DNA of 64,000 nucleotides, from positions 43,400,001 to 43,464,000 of the forward strand of contig NC_135895.1 of assembly GCF_964194155.1 (NCBI RefSeq), in the 5' to 3' direction. The stretch's first letter is position 1. Each line of letters starts with the position of its first letter. The translations under genes and the position numbers were made by a program. Positions 1 to 13,600 of this stretch are shown in pieces. The stretch comes from Cetorhinus maximus. Lineage: Eukaryota. The notes under the pieces were generated by a model, which saw only the letters and a program-made list of their open reading frames with translations, was not told the origin of the DNA and searched no databases.

Positions 1-3000
1 GCAGATGAGTTGAGGGCACAAATTAACACATGGAAGTATGATGTCATTGCTGTCACAGAGACATGGTTGAGAGAGGGGCAGGATTGGCAGCTCAATATTT
101 CAGGATATAGGGTCTTCAGGCGAGACAGGGAAGGAGGTAAAAGAGGAGGGGGTATCGCAATATTGATCAAGGAATCAATTACAGCAGGAAGGAGGGATGA
201 CATCTTAGAAAGCTCCTCAAATGAAGCCATATGGGTCGATCTGAAGAACAGAAAAGGAGCAATCACATTGCTAGGTGTGTACTATAGGCCCCAAACAGTC
301 AGAGAGAAATAGAAGAGCAGATATGTAGGCAAATTTCAGAGAAGTGTAAAAATAATAGGGCAATAATAGTGGAGGATTTCAACTTCCCCAACATTAACTG
401 GGTTAGTCATAGTATGATAGGTTTAGAGGGAGTGGAATTCTTAAAATGCATCCAGGCGAGCATTTTAAGCCAGTACGTAGAAGGTCCTACAAGAGAGAGG
501 GCATCCTGGACTTAATTTTAGGGAATGAAGCTGGGCAAGTGGTAGAACTATCAGTTGGGGAGCATTTTGCAGATAGTGATCATAACTCCGTTAGATTCAA
601 GATTGTTATGGAAAAGGACAAGATTGGGCTAGAAATCAGAGTTCTAAATTGAGGGAAGGCTGATTTTAATAAGATCAGAAGTGATTTGGCCAGAGTGGAC
701 TGGGAGCAGCTACTTTTAGGTAAATCTGCGTCAGAGCAGTGGGACTCATTCAAGGAGGAAATAGGGAGAGTACAGGGCCAACATATTCCAGTAAAGATAA
801 AGGGTGGGGCCAACAAATCCAGGGAACCCTGGATATTGAGGGATATACAGGATTGGATAAAGAGAAAAAGGGAGGCTTATGGCAGATACCGAGGGCTCAA
901 AACAGCAGAAGCCCTAGAGGAGTATAGAATGTGTAGGGGGGAACTTAAAAAGGAAATTAGGAGAGTAAAAAGGGGGCATGAGAAAACATTGGCAGGTAAA
1001 ATAAAGGAAAATCCAAAATTCTTTTACAAGTACATTAAGAGTAAGAAGATAAATAGGGAAAGAGTAGGGCCCATTAAGGACCATAGTGGTAATTTGTGTG
1101 TGGAGCTGGAAGACATAGGTAGGGTTCTAAATGAATACTTTGTGTCAGTGTTCACAAGTGAAAGGGACGACGTGGGTATGGAAATCAGGCAGAAGGACTG
1201 TGATATAATTAAAGAAATTAGCATAGGAAGGGAGGAGGCTCTAAGTGGTCTGGCAGGCTTAAAAGTAGATAAATCTCCAGGCCCGAATGAAATGTATCCC
1301 AGGCTGTTGAGTGAGGCAACGGAGCAGATAGCAGGGGCACTGGCAATCATTTTCAATACCTCTCTGGCCACAGGAGAGATGTCAGAGGACTGGAGGACCG
1401 CCAATGTGGTACCATTATTCAAGAAGGGAGGAAGGGATAAACCAGGGAACTACAGGCCAGTCAGTCTAACCTCAGTGGTGGGGAAACTATTGGAAGCAAT
1501 TCTGAGGGATAGAATTAATCTACACTTGGAGAGGCATGGAATTAATCAAGGACAGTCAGCATGGTTTTGTTAAGGGGAGGTCATGTCTGACCAATTTGAT
1601 TGAATTTTTCGAAGAGGTGACCAGGTGTGTAGATGAGGGCAAGGCATTTGATAAGGTCTCGTATGAGAGACTGATAACGAAGTTAAGAGCCCATGGGAAC
1701 CAAGGCAATTTGACAAATTGAATCCAGAATTGGCTGAGTGGCAGGAAGCAGAGGATAATGGTCGAGGGGTGTTTTTGCGACTGGTTGCCTGAGTCCTGTG
1801 GGGTTCCACAGGGATCGGTGTTGGATCCCTTGCTGTTTGTGGTATATATAAACAATTTAGACTTGAATGTAGGAGGGTTGATCAGTGAGTTCACAGATGA
1901 CACGTAAATTGGTGGGGTGGTAAATAGTGAGGATGATAGCCTTAGATAACAGGATGATACAAATGGGCTAGTCAGATGAGCTGATCAGTGGCAAATGGAA
2001 TTTAATCCAGATAAGTGTGAGGTGGTGCACTTGGGCAGGACAAACAAGGCACGGGAATACACGATGAATGGTAAGACCCTGGGAAGTACCGAAGATTAGA
2101 GGGTCCTTGGTGTGCTTGTCCACTGGTCCCTTAAGGTCTGGCAGGTAGATAAGGTGGTTAAGAAGGCATATGGGATACTTGCCTTTATTAGCCGAGGCGT
2201 AGAATATAGCTGAGGATAGTGCAGTTGATGTAGTTTATATGGATTTCAGCAAAGCCTTTGACAAGGTCCCACATGGGAGTCTTATAAAGAAGGCAAAGGC
2301 ACATGGGATACAGGGTAATTTGATAAGGTGGATTCAAAATTGGCTAAGATGTGGGAGGCAGAGGGTGATGATAGAAGGATGCTTTAGTGACTGGAAGCCA
2401 GTGTCCAGTGGCGTACCACAGGGATCTGTGCTCAGTCCCCTCTTATTTGTCATTTATATAAACAACATAGGTGACTATGTGGGGGCTAGGATTAGTAAGT
2501 TTGCGGATGACACAAAGATTGGCCGGGTGGTTAACAGTGAGGTTGAGTGTCTTGGGCTACAGGAAGATATAGAAGGGATGGTCAAATGGGCAGATAAGTG
2601 GCTGATGGAATTTAACCCTGAGAAGTGTGAGGTGATATACTTTGGAAGGAGTAGTTTGACCAAGAAGTATTCAATGAACGGCATGGCATTAGGAAGTTCT
2701 GAGGAACAGAGGGACCTTGGAGTATGTGTCCATAGATCTCTGAAGGCAGAGGGTCATGTTAGTGGGATGGTGAAAAAGGCATATGGGACACTTGCTTTTA
2801 TCAATCAAGGCATAGATTACAAAAGTAGGGAGGTCATGTTGGAGTTGTATAGAACCTTGGTGAGGCCACAGCTGGAGTACTGTGTGCAGTTCTGGTCGCC
2901 ACATTATAGGAAGGATGTGATTGCACTGGAGGGGATGCAGAGGAGATTCACCAGGATGTTGCCTGGGACGAAACATTTAAGATATGAAGAGAGATTGGAT

Positions 3001-4020
3001 AGACTTGGGTTGTTTTCGTTAGAGCAGAGAAGACTAAGGGGTGACCTGATCGAGGTGTACAAGATTATGAGGGGCATGGACAGGGTGGATAGGGAGCAGC
3101 TGTTCCCCTTAGTTGAAGGGTCAGTCACGAGGGGGCATAAGTTCAAAGTGAGAGGCAGGAGGTTTAGGGGGGATGTGAGGAAAAACTTTTTTACCCAGAG
3201 GGTGGTGATGGTCTGGAATGCACTGCCTGGAGGGTGGTGGAGGCGGGTTGCCTCACATCCTTTAAAAAGTACCTGGATGAGCACTTGGCACGTCATAACA
3301 TTCAAGACTATGGGCCAAGTGCTGGTAAATGGGATTAGGTAGGTAGGTCAGGTGTTTCTCACGTGTCGGTGCAGACTCGATGGGCCGAAGGGCCTCTTCT
3401 GCACTGTGATTCTGTGATAAGAGCAGGGAAGTTATGCTGGATCTGTATAAAATGCTGGTTAGGTCTCAGCTAGAGTATTGCGTGCAGTTCTGGAATCCGC
3501 ATTATAGGAAGGATGTGATTGCACTAGAGAGAGTGCAGAGGAGATTTACCAGGATGTTGCCTGGGCTGGAGAGTTTTAGTTATGAGGAGAGATTGGATAG
3601 TCTGGGGTTATTTTCCCTGGAGCAAAGGAGATTGAGAGGGGACATGATTGAGGTGTATAAAATTATGAGGGGCATAGATAAGGTAGACAGGAAGGGACTT
3701 TTTCCCTTGGTGGAGGGATCAATAACCAGGGGGCATAGATTTAAGGTAAGGGGCAGAAGGTTTAGAGCGGATATGAGGAAGAATTCTTTCACCGAGAGGG
3801 TGGTGGGAATCTGGAACTCACTGCCTGAAAGGGTGGTAGAGGCAGAAACCCTCATAATATTTAAGAAGTATTTGGATGTGCACTTGTGATGTCATGGCAT
3901 ACAAGGCTATGGGCCTAGTGCTGGAAAATGGGAATAGAATAGTTAGGTACTTGTTTGACCGGCGCATACTCGATGGGCCGAAGGGCCTTTTTCTGTGTTG
4001 TAGACCTCTATGACTCTATA
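1..4020 (+). mobile_element. CR1-clade LINE, decayed ORF2 (endonuclease + RT) through to the 3' tail; split by a nested CR1 at 2209-3416
   Basis: APE motifs VIAVTETWL, GDFN and LDLILGN..SDH; RT-associated motifs DKSPGP, NYRPVSLTSVVGK and QHGFVKGRSCLTNL; C-terminal ORF 3434-3889. Several frameshifts and stops. Ends in a (GACTCTAT)-like microsatellite tail near 4003-4020. Confidence 0.92.
2209..3416 (+). mobile_element. 5'-truncated younger CR1 LINE nested in the older CR1
   Basis: 367-aa ORF 2239-3342 with DFSKAFDKVPH, GVPQGSVL and KFADDTK. 3' end gggccgaagggcct...ctgtgattctgtg is the CR1 (ATTCTGTG) tail. The host frame GAA TAT A|AG AGC AGG rejoins across the insert, with ATA on both sides (2206-2208, 3417-3419). 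Confidence 0.9.
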
Positions 4021-4533
4021 AAAGGGATAAAATATATTTGAAGAAGGGTGGAAGGCTGAGCTGTGGCCTTGTGAGATCTTGAAAGGTGTACCATGTGAAA
4101 CAGACTTGGGAAAAGCCTCTAGCCACCCTGCAAAAGTTTGCTGTTACAGTAACCAAACTTGTGTTAAAAGCCTTTGGAAGTCCATTGTCCAATGAGTGCT
4201 TGTGGTAAAATTGCTGGATGACTTTATAAGTTTGGAACCTATTTGGACTGTTGGCTTAAAGGGGTGTGTAGTTGGGAGTCTGGTTAAGTAAAAATTTTGG
4301 GAACTGTTAAACTGTAATCTTGTGTGTGTGTTTAATTTTTTCCTTCTTTTGTTAATAAATGTTTTAATTTAGTCTTTAAAATCACTAAAGGTGACAGTAG
4401 GCTCATTACTTCTGACTTCGGTGCACAAGCCTTCTTGTAATAAATACAAATTGCAAAATCGTTGTAATAACTTGGCCAAGTTTCCCTTGTTTATTTGGTC
4501 AACCTGGCAAATACCACCTGCCATATCATAACA
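4021..4533 (+). mobile_element. 3' part of an LTR (same family as 35045-36093)
   Basis: Ends ...CCATATCATAACA, contains AATAAA, and is similar by eye to the 3' part of the LTR-like element ending at 36093 (ttattacttctga, aaatacaaattgcaaaa, caagtttccct, ctgccatatcataaca). Confidence 0.55.
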
Positions 4534-4818
4534 CTAGGGCACGATATTCCTGCAGTAAACACAGTCAACATCAAGGTGCAGGCATACTGAGGTGGGCTTT
4601 GACTTTGGGACAGGACAATCACTGTGGTCAGAAGGTCATGCACTGCACAGAGGAGGGGCCCTGGACTGTGACTCGTGACTTCATTTTGTGCAGGGACCAA
4701 AGGTTTCACTTCTGAATGACATGAACACATCTCATCATAACAATGAGACATGATTGAATGTATTTACATGGGTGAACATTATATGTCAGTGATTAACACC
4801 CATGCCCACATTGTGCAA

Positions 4819-6518
4819 CTACATCTGCTTGACTTTCCTAACCTTGCTACTACGTCTTGGTGCATCACTGACATCCACAGCGGGGGTGGAGGCGGCCTTC
4901 TGACTGCTATGCCCTGTTCTCTGTGATGATCTTGGTGGGTGTCCTCTGGAGGGCTGAGACCTGGAGGGCCCCAGCCTGCTTTCGGGGTCCTGCTGTGTGG
5001 CAGTGCCACCCTCCTCGGTCTGCGGAGCTGGAGCTGCAGGGGTCACAGAAAGAGGGGATTCGAATGGGCCAGTCACTCCCAGAGTCACCTCGGTGGGTGG
5101 CCCCGGAGTGTGCACCTGCTGATCCTCCTCCCTATGGGTCCCAAGGGCCCCTGGCTGACTCCTTGAGAGGAAGGGGTAGCTGGAGTGAGCTCGAGATGCC
5201 TCGACCCCCCCCAACCCCTCACATTGACACTGATGGATGCCAGCAAGTTCCTCAGCGATGGAGTGCATCTCCTGCAGCAGTGCAGTGCAGCATTGATGTC
5301 CTGCGCCAAGGTCTCCATGGTGGCCACCACCCTATCAATGTTGACCTCGGCGTGTTGGCATGCCAGCGCTATCGCTTTGGTCTGAAGGATGGCAGATTCT
5401 TCCATCGTGCCTTGCAATCTAAGGACATCCCTTCCCAATGTTCCCGAGCTTGTCTTTGTAGCTCCAGCACCTGAGGTAGAACTGAGTCCAGATTCCTGGC
5501 CTCCAGCTGTCCTCCTAGTGCTGGCACCCTGGGATGTCCCTGCCTCCGCCTGCTGTGGATCAGACCGTGTGCTGTCGCTCACCAGATTGTGACCCTGAGG
5601 CTACTCGAGAGCCAGGTCCTGCTGAGGTGTGTGTGTCTGCACTGTTGAAGGGTGTGGGTGAGAGCTGTGACAGGCCTTCAATTAGGGTGTCATCAGATTC
5701 CTCTTCCGAGGTGTCTTTGGGGTTTGAGTGGAGGGCTGAGTCATGCACGCTCCCGGATGCTTCCCAGGTGTGCCTGCATAAGTAAAGAAAGATCATTAGT
5801 GCATGACAGGGGACTGTGGAACAGGAGATATCACTCACAGCATGGTTGTCTGATGGATGTTGTAGTGCAGGATCCTCACTTGGTTGAGCACCGCAAACCT
5901 CACCGTCAGCACAGGAACAGTCCAGATCCTCGCCAGCCAGGTGGATGGCTCTGTTCTCAAAGACAGTCAGGACCTTCAGTTGAGGCATTCCATCCCCAGT
6001 CTGGGACCTCCTTTTTGTTATGAGCCAGTTTGTCCTGCATGAAGATAGATGGAGAGAGTGTAAGGAGGATTCCTGCCAGGCTAGATGAGAAGGATGTCTG
6101 GCATGTGTGGGTGGTGAGTGGTGCCATGGATGGGATGAGGACACGATCTGCAGAAGAGATGACGGTGTTTGTGAGTGAGTGAGTGAGTGGTGATGATCCT
6201 TGACCTGGCAGAGATTCCTGTGAATGTGTGATGGGTTTGTGAGTTGAGAGTGATGAGAAGGGTGACTTATCATGGCAGAACGGAGGAGATCATTCATCCT
6301 CTTTCTGCACTGGGTGGCTGTCCTCTTCTGTAGGACGTTGGCACTCACCACCGCTGCCACTGCCTCCCATGCTGGATTTGTCACCTTGGATGAAGGTTCT
6401 TTGCTCAGAGCAAGGTGGGGTAGAGGATTTTGCGGCAGGCCTCCACTGCAACCAGTAGGTGCTCAAGAGAGGCGTCACTGAATTTCGGGGCAGCATGTTT
6501 CCTCCCTTTGGATGCCAT
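4819..6518 (-). pseudogene. Decayed intron-containing Myb/SANT-like DNA-binding protein gene (Harbinger ORF, NAIF1/MSANTD-like)
   Basis: ATG at 6518 gives MASKGRKHAAPKFSDASLEHLLVAVEACRKILYP, then a frameshift, then TNPAWEAVAAVVSANVLQKRTATQCRKRMNDLLRSA. First donor is mutated (ATAAGT, 6270). Next exon from 6034 reads DKLAHNKK..SQTGDGMPQLKVLTVFENRA. A further acceptor lies at 5775/5774. Confidence 0.75.
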
Positions 6519-6737
6519 GACTTTCCACCAGCTATCGATCCCTTAGAAAGTGCTAGTTCTGTGCAGGAGCAACCTTTAAATATGGCGGGCGGATTACAGA
6601 AGAGCTGAGGTGACGGCAAAGCGGGCGAATCAGAGGCCGCCCTGCCAGCGATCCGACGTGAAACCCATGCCTCTCAATTCTTTCAACAAAGTGACGCACA
6701 ATATGGCGTTCTCAATATTCAATATCGTTCACAATAT

Positions 6738-6940
6738 TCTTGATGGGCCAAAAGGCCTACCTCTGCTTCTATGTCTTATGGTCTTATAGTCAGATTTTTA
6801 ATCAGTAAGGGAATCAAGGGTTATTGGGAAAGGTAGGAAAGTGGAGTTGAGGATTATCAAATCAGCCATGATCTCATTGAATGGCGGGGCAGACTCGATG
6901 GGCTGAATGGCCTACTTCTGCTCCTACCTCTTATGGTCTT
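6738..6940 (+). mobile_element. Two tandem short CR1 3'-end fragments
   Basis: Two copies of the gatgggc..aa.ggccta..tctgct..tatgtcttatggtctt tail. Confidence 0.7.
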
Positions 6941-7674
6941 AAAATGCCGCCATTGCCATCAATGGGTCAGACGCCAATTTCCCTGCCTGCTTTTGGACTT
7001 TGTCGATTTCACGGAAAATCACAACCTATATTTTTTATAGGATATTGTTTTTCTGTGAATGTTACTGCCCAATATAGAGTTATATCTAACCTTTTCTGAT
7101 CATCTAGCTAACTTGACTGAAAACTTTCAGGCAGTGTGGATGCACACCAACTTGATTCTTAAAAGTAATTTGAACTTTAAGCTAATGGGCAATTCTAAGT
7201 ACTGATTAAAAATCTAATGTTGTGATCCTGGAATAGAAAGAATATCTTTGTTTCAACTAGTATAAATACTCAAATTATTCTGCCAGTCCTCCAATGCAAT
7301 TGCATTTCCAGCAGAGTGCATACTTTAATTGTAGTTTGAGATTTTCTTATTTTAAGAGTTGGAAAGTGTTTTTTATGTACCGTGACCATAGTGGCTGAAC
7401 TCTTGCTTCTGTTTGTGGAACACAATATTTTAGAATGCGACACTGGCAAGCAGTGCTACTGTCGGTACCAATGATGACCAGCAAAACAGTAGCTAAATTC
7501 AGTAACGGGTATTATTATGTTTTGTGAGTATTCTGGAAAAATAATCATGCAATAGACAACATGGTTGGGGGAAATTTTATCAAACTTAATATCCAAAGCA
7601 CTGGGGCCGTCATTGTTTTTGTATATGTGAATTTTTCTAAACTGAGCTTAAAAGCCAAAACCAATTCTTTGTAG

Positions 7675-10600
7675 ATTTTTGATGGAAAAGAAGTGCCGCA
7701 GAGAATGGTAGATGGATGGAATGCCTTCTTCTTTGATGATGTTGAAGAACTGGTAATATATTATTTTTGATTCATTACATCCATGTTTTACCTTGAAGGT
7801 AATGTAACTGGATTATTGGGATTTAAGTTATGGAAAGTTTTCTTGAAATTGTTTAGAACTGTGGCGTTTTACAAACACATAAGATGGTAACTTTTCTCAT
7901 CGTATCTGTGCCAGATTTTTGGGGAGAAAGCTATCTACTTTTACCATTCCTTATACCCTTTCAGTGGTTTCTTTCTAAACATTTTTTCACATGAACCCTG
8001 CTTCCAACACTTTTCAATAGGCTATCAATCCCATGTTCTAACATCTTCCAGCATATAAAATTTTTTATCCCCTTTGTTCTTTAAGGTACAAATGTAACGT
8101 CCACTGTCTACTGCCTCACTTAACAGTTGATAAATTTCCTCATCAATGCACTCTGTTATTTCTTCAAAGAACTCAATTTGTTGGACATGATTTGCCTTTT
8201 AGAAATCTGTAAATTTAGGCTGTTTTGAAATAACTGTTTTTTTCCGAAGTTTTAATTTCATCCTGTAATAATGTCTCGAAAGGTTTACCCGCTGTCAATG
8301 TTGGGCTGACCACTCGATATTACCTTGTTTATTCCTATCTCCTTTCTTAAACACAGGTGTTACAAATCCTCCAGTCCTCTGGCACTGTTTCCATGTGCAA
8401 GGATGTTTGAAAGATTGTGGTCAGAGCCTTGGTTTCCTCAATTATTTTGCTTAGTATTCTAGGATGCATGCCATCAGGCCCAGAGCTTTTTCCATTTTAA
8501 GTTCCACCTAAGTTTTTCAATGCTAACTAACCTTTTCAGTGCTTAATTTCCTAGAACTAGATTCTGAACTGCTTTCTTCCTTGTTAAAAATGTATTTGTC
8601 GTGGTCAATGTGATAATTCTACAGTTTGGGGAAATTGTGCTAAATTACTTTGTTTAAGTGCCTGGCTTTACAGCTCAATATTGTAAACCTTTTTCATATA
8701 TCGCACTGAATAACTTATTAAGAATATTTCTTCTCTCACGCTTTAGAAGAAAAAGTTGCCTGAACTTGGGACAAACAAAGAATCAGTGGGTGAACTTTGG
8801 TTAGGCCTGTTGCGATTTTATACTGAAGAATTTGATTTCAAGGAGTATGTTATTAGCATCAGACAGAAAAAACTTTTAACAACATTTGAAAAGCAATGGA
8901 CTTCAAAATGCATCGCTATAGAAGGTATTTAGCTCAATTTATTTATTCAATTATCGATTGGTTATCTGCTTCACTTGATATAATATCACTAATTCCAAGA
9001 ACGGATTATCATGCATTGTTTTAGGGACTAGAATCAGTACAGAACTCGGGAACATGTTGCACTCCCATCTTTTTACAGACCAACTGTAATTATTATGTGC
9101 ATTGACTTTTTAAGCAGATAGATTTTTGCTTTGTCCTTTTGAACCCCAGCAACAACTCATTATTATTATCATTATTGTTCTGAACAAGACTGGACCATCA
9201 ACCCAGTGTCCTTTCGTTACTTTCCCCTACATCCCTCAATTTATGGCTATTGTTCTATCCCCAGTCCTTTCTCCTGAAGACTTATGATGATCATTTGTGC
9301 TGTAACTGATCACTGTGGGCTTCAGGACATTGCTGTTGGGCTGAAAAGCCTGAGACGGGCCCTGCTGTGAGCAGAGCTAATTCAATAATTTGACTGAAGG
9401 AGGCCTCCTAATTGGCCACCTGCGAGCCCACAGCCCAATTAAGGATGGCAGGCGGGCTCCTGGTGCAGTAGCTCTGAAGCTTCAGCAGTTCCACCGGAAG
9501 AGTGGAGGTTACTGAGGCAGGTTGGAGATCTCGGGGCACTGCACAATGGAGGTGCCCTTAGACAGGCAAGTACAAATTAAAATTTCCAGGGCCAAGGCAG
9601 TGGGCCGCACGGGGTGGATGGAAAACACCTCCGGAGAGATCACTGGGGCCACAGGGGCTGCCTTTCCTGCTTGCAGCCTTCTGTTTGGAACATGGTGCTT
9701 CTGGCTCTGATGCCTCCCCCCACTGGACTTGGCCAACTTCATGAAGCTGGAAGTCTCCCCACTTGGCAGGAGTCCACCCCAAAATACTGGCAGCCCCATA
9801 AGGTGGACCTAAATAGGGCCTTTAATTATGTAAATTGGCCGCCTGCCTCCCTGGCAGCAGAACTACGATGGGAAGCTACCCCGGTGTAGCTCCTTGCTAT
9901 TTTACTGCTGTCCTCTAACTTCCTCCCTGCCTCCCAACTCCATTCTTGTCACCTGGTGACCAGTAAAATTCAGCACTTTGTTTTCAAATTCCTCCATGGA
10001 CTTGCCCTCCTCATCTTTCTGACCTCCTCCAGCCCTGTAACCCTCCAATTTTTCCAATTCTGGACTCTTGCACATTCCAGATTTAATCACTCCACCAATG
10101 GTGGCAGAGCCTTCAGCTGCCAAGGCTGTAGACTCTGGAATTCCCTCCCTAAACCCCTTCACCTCTCTTTCCTCCTCCTCTCTTTCCTCCTTTAAGGTCC
10201 TCCTAAAAGCCTATCTCTTTGACTAAGTTTGTGCTCATCCCCATCCTAATATCTCTTTATTCTCAAATTTTTGTTTATAAACACTTGTCTGAAGTCCCTT
10301 AGGACGTTTTACTATGTTAAGCGTGCTTATGTAAATACAAGTTGTTTTTACAACCATCTGAAACCGATAAACTTTTTAATATACTATATGACATGAATGT
10401 TTGGGTTTTGCAATAGCTTTTTGAGTGTTTTTTTGCCCTGCTTTTTGGTAGGAATGAAAAAGCCTAGTTCAAGCTGATTTAAAACTGAGTCAACATACCT
10501 CCCAGCTTTCTCTTTCCATGTAAAAGGGTTTGGCGTCCATTCACTGTTTCTGCTGTCCATCTGACCAACATTGGAAACTCTTTGGAACGAAGCATGTGCT

Positions 10601-13600
10601 GTCGCTGTCATCTCTTAGTTGATCTTTTTGATGAACATAAATAATGATGCTACCTAACATTTTGCTGCACATTTCAATTCCCCAAAGTGTAAGCTTCCCA
10701 TTTTTGCCCTTATATGATGGTTAATAAGCAGAAGGTATTTTCTGCTGGTTTTTATTCTCATTATTGTTGTTTGTAACTAAAATAACCAAGTATTTTTTTA
10801 TGTTGCTTTGTCAACTGTTCATGAATGATTTTCTATATTGGCACATCACTATCTGAAAGAAGTACGAAAAGGTGAAATAGATAAAAGTGTTGCAAAATTA
10901 TTAGAATATTCTAATATTTCTGTGATAGCAGAATAAATGAATGAAGGGAGCTAATACCATCTTAAACATGATGCATTGATGCCAGAGCTTGTTTTCCAGA
11001 TCCTTTTGACTTGAATCACAATCTTGGTGCTGGAGTCTCAAGGAAAAGTAAGTCCTCTTTCTTTTGGGCTGTTGACAAGTTTTTTTGCATCAAAAGGCAT
11101 GAACTTAGCTCCGATACCAATATTTGCTGTCTTTGCAGTGACCAACTTTATTATGAAAGCTTTTATTAATGGACGCAAGTTATTTGGTACACCTGTATAT
11201 CCACATCCTGGCATGGAAACAGTATGTAAATACAATTATTTTACTCTACCTTTCTTCTTTCTTGTTGATTAAATAAGACATGCATTGTCAATCCCAGCAA
11301 CTTTTACTAAGTAGAACCCCAGTAATGTCACCTCACAGTGCTGCAATAACACATTTTATTGCTTGACCAGCTAATATAAAATTGTAATTATTTCAAAACA
11401 TATTTGTCTATGATGATTTCACTAAGGGATGTAGAAGAGGTTTAAAATTATGAAAGGATTTGATAGGGTAGACATAGAGAAAATGTTTACGCTTGTTGGG
11501 GAGTCCAAAACTAGGGGCCATAAATATAAGATAGTCAGTAATAAATCCAATAAAGAATTCAGGAGTAACTTCTTGGTTAGAATAAGGAACTTGCCACCAC
11601 AAGGAGTAGTTGAGGCAAATAGCATTTGTTGCTTTTAACGGAAGCTAGATAAGTAAGTGAGGGAGAAAGACATAGAAGGGTATGCAGATAGGGTTCAATG
11701 AAGTCGGATGGGAAGAGGCTCAAGTGGAGGATAAAAACTGGCATAGATTAGCTGGGCTGAGTGGCCTGTTTCTGTACAGTAAATTCAATGTTATTCGTTA
11801 CCATTAATAATATCAAATATGGCTATTGTAAATAATATCTATGTTTCATATTATATTGTGTTTGGTGTCTGTATGGGTTTTACCCAGTGAAAAAAAGCTG
11901 AATTGATGATGCCATGGGGTCATCATGTTTATTAAATACCAAATTTTTACAAACAAACCTCAACCCATTTTTGGATGTGGTATTACTGTCCTTTTGTTGT
12001 CCATTTCAACCCCAACCTATTTTTCTCACAGCTGAAGTTATAGGATCCTGAGACCTATATATATGATGGAAAGAAGGGAATATCAGGGGGTTGAAAGTTA
12101 TGGAGATAATCATGGTCATCTAACCTCCACTGCTGGAGTCCATAATGTGTTGTCATGGAGACTGAATAGACATTGATATTGGATAGAAAAGAAACAAAGT
12201 AAAAAAAACCCTGAGAAAGAAGAAAAGGGAAACCTGCAGGAAAGGAGCCATGTTGAGCAACAACAGAAACATGGCTATATGGCAGGGTTAATGTAGAAAA
12301 ACATGCTGGCACTTAAGAAGCATGATGAAAAATGGATGTTAAACAAAAGAATGGCAGATTAGGAGGGATGATGAAAGACCTGGTTAAAGAGGTGGGTTTT
12401 AAAGAGGATCTTAAAAGGAAATGTGGAATGTGGAGAATCAGAAAGGTGATAGAAAGGGTATTCCAGAGTGTTAGGTCCATGCTGCTGAAGGCCTGGCCTC
12501 CAACATTTGGAAAAGGAGGGCAAGCCAGAGTTAGAGGAACAGAGATTTGGGATGTAATGGAAATTGTAGAGATTGGAGAGGGATAAAGAGCAGGAAAATC
12601 ATGGAGGGATTTATGCACATGGATGAGAATTTTACATTTGTAACTTTGGGAGACTGGTAGCCAGTACACGCCAGCAAGGATAGCGATAATGAGCAGCAGA
12701 GCTTTTCGTGGGATAGGATGAGAAGCAGAGTTTTAGATGAGCTGAAGTTTATCGAGGATGGGGGGCTGGTCAGAAGAGCACCAATGTAATGAATTCTGGA
12801 GGTGAGAAAAGCATGGATGAGGGATTCAGCAGAAATGAATTGAGGTTAGTGGGAAGAGTTACAGACATGGAAATAGGCAGTCTTTGTGATTGGATTGGTG
12901 ATTGGTTGAATAGGATGCTATGGTTTTGAACAGTAGCCGAAGGAGGAATGAAGTCGTCATGGGGCCCAAAGATAAACAATGTTTTCTGTGGAAATTGCTA
13001 CTCCTTCAAGATTGATTGTCAGACAAGCCATCTGATAGCACAGAGACATTGGAGTACAGAGCAGTAGTAGGGAAGTGGAGCTGGATGTCAATAGCATACT
13101 TGTGGAATCTGACCTCCATGCCTGTGAACATCAACAAGGGGTAGCATGCAGATGAGAAGAAGAGGACAAGGATGCATTCCTCAGGGGATTCCAAAGTGGG
13201 CTTAACTGCTCTCACTAAAACTAGAGATAGGTGAGACTGGAACCAACTCTTATCAATCTGGACATCAGCGGAAGGAAAGTTTAGGATGGTGGCATCATTG
13301 ATCGTGTTGAAATCTGTGATTTGATCTACGAGAATGATGCACTACAGACATTTGAATATTATTCATGACTGTTTAGGAAAAGTTTTAATTGAGAGAGGAT
13401 GGGGGATATGGGTGGTGCGGAATACAGTGAAGTTAGTTGGAGATGGTGTCTTGTTGGTGATTGATACATTGAGTGTGTGTAGAGGTTGCGGGAGATGATG
13501 AGATAGTGAGAATGGCCAACAACATGAATAGGAGAACTTATTTGGATGGAGATGTTTGGAGAAGGCAATTCATTTGGAGAGAGAACAAGGAAGTTGAGAT

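Larger units (their letters stand above)
4534..7026 (-). mobile_element. PIF/Harbinger-like DNA transposon fragment
   Basis: Carries a Myb/SANT-like gene. Candidate terminus GGAAAATCACAACC|TAT at 7013-7026 (GGTTGTGATTTTCC on the minus strand). Confidence 0.6.

Noticed and set aside
2239-3342. Reverse transcriptase as a retron, DGR or other novel RT system
   Set aside because: Motifs, C-terminus and 3' tail are those of a CR1 LINE, 5'-truncated and nested in another CR1.
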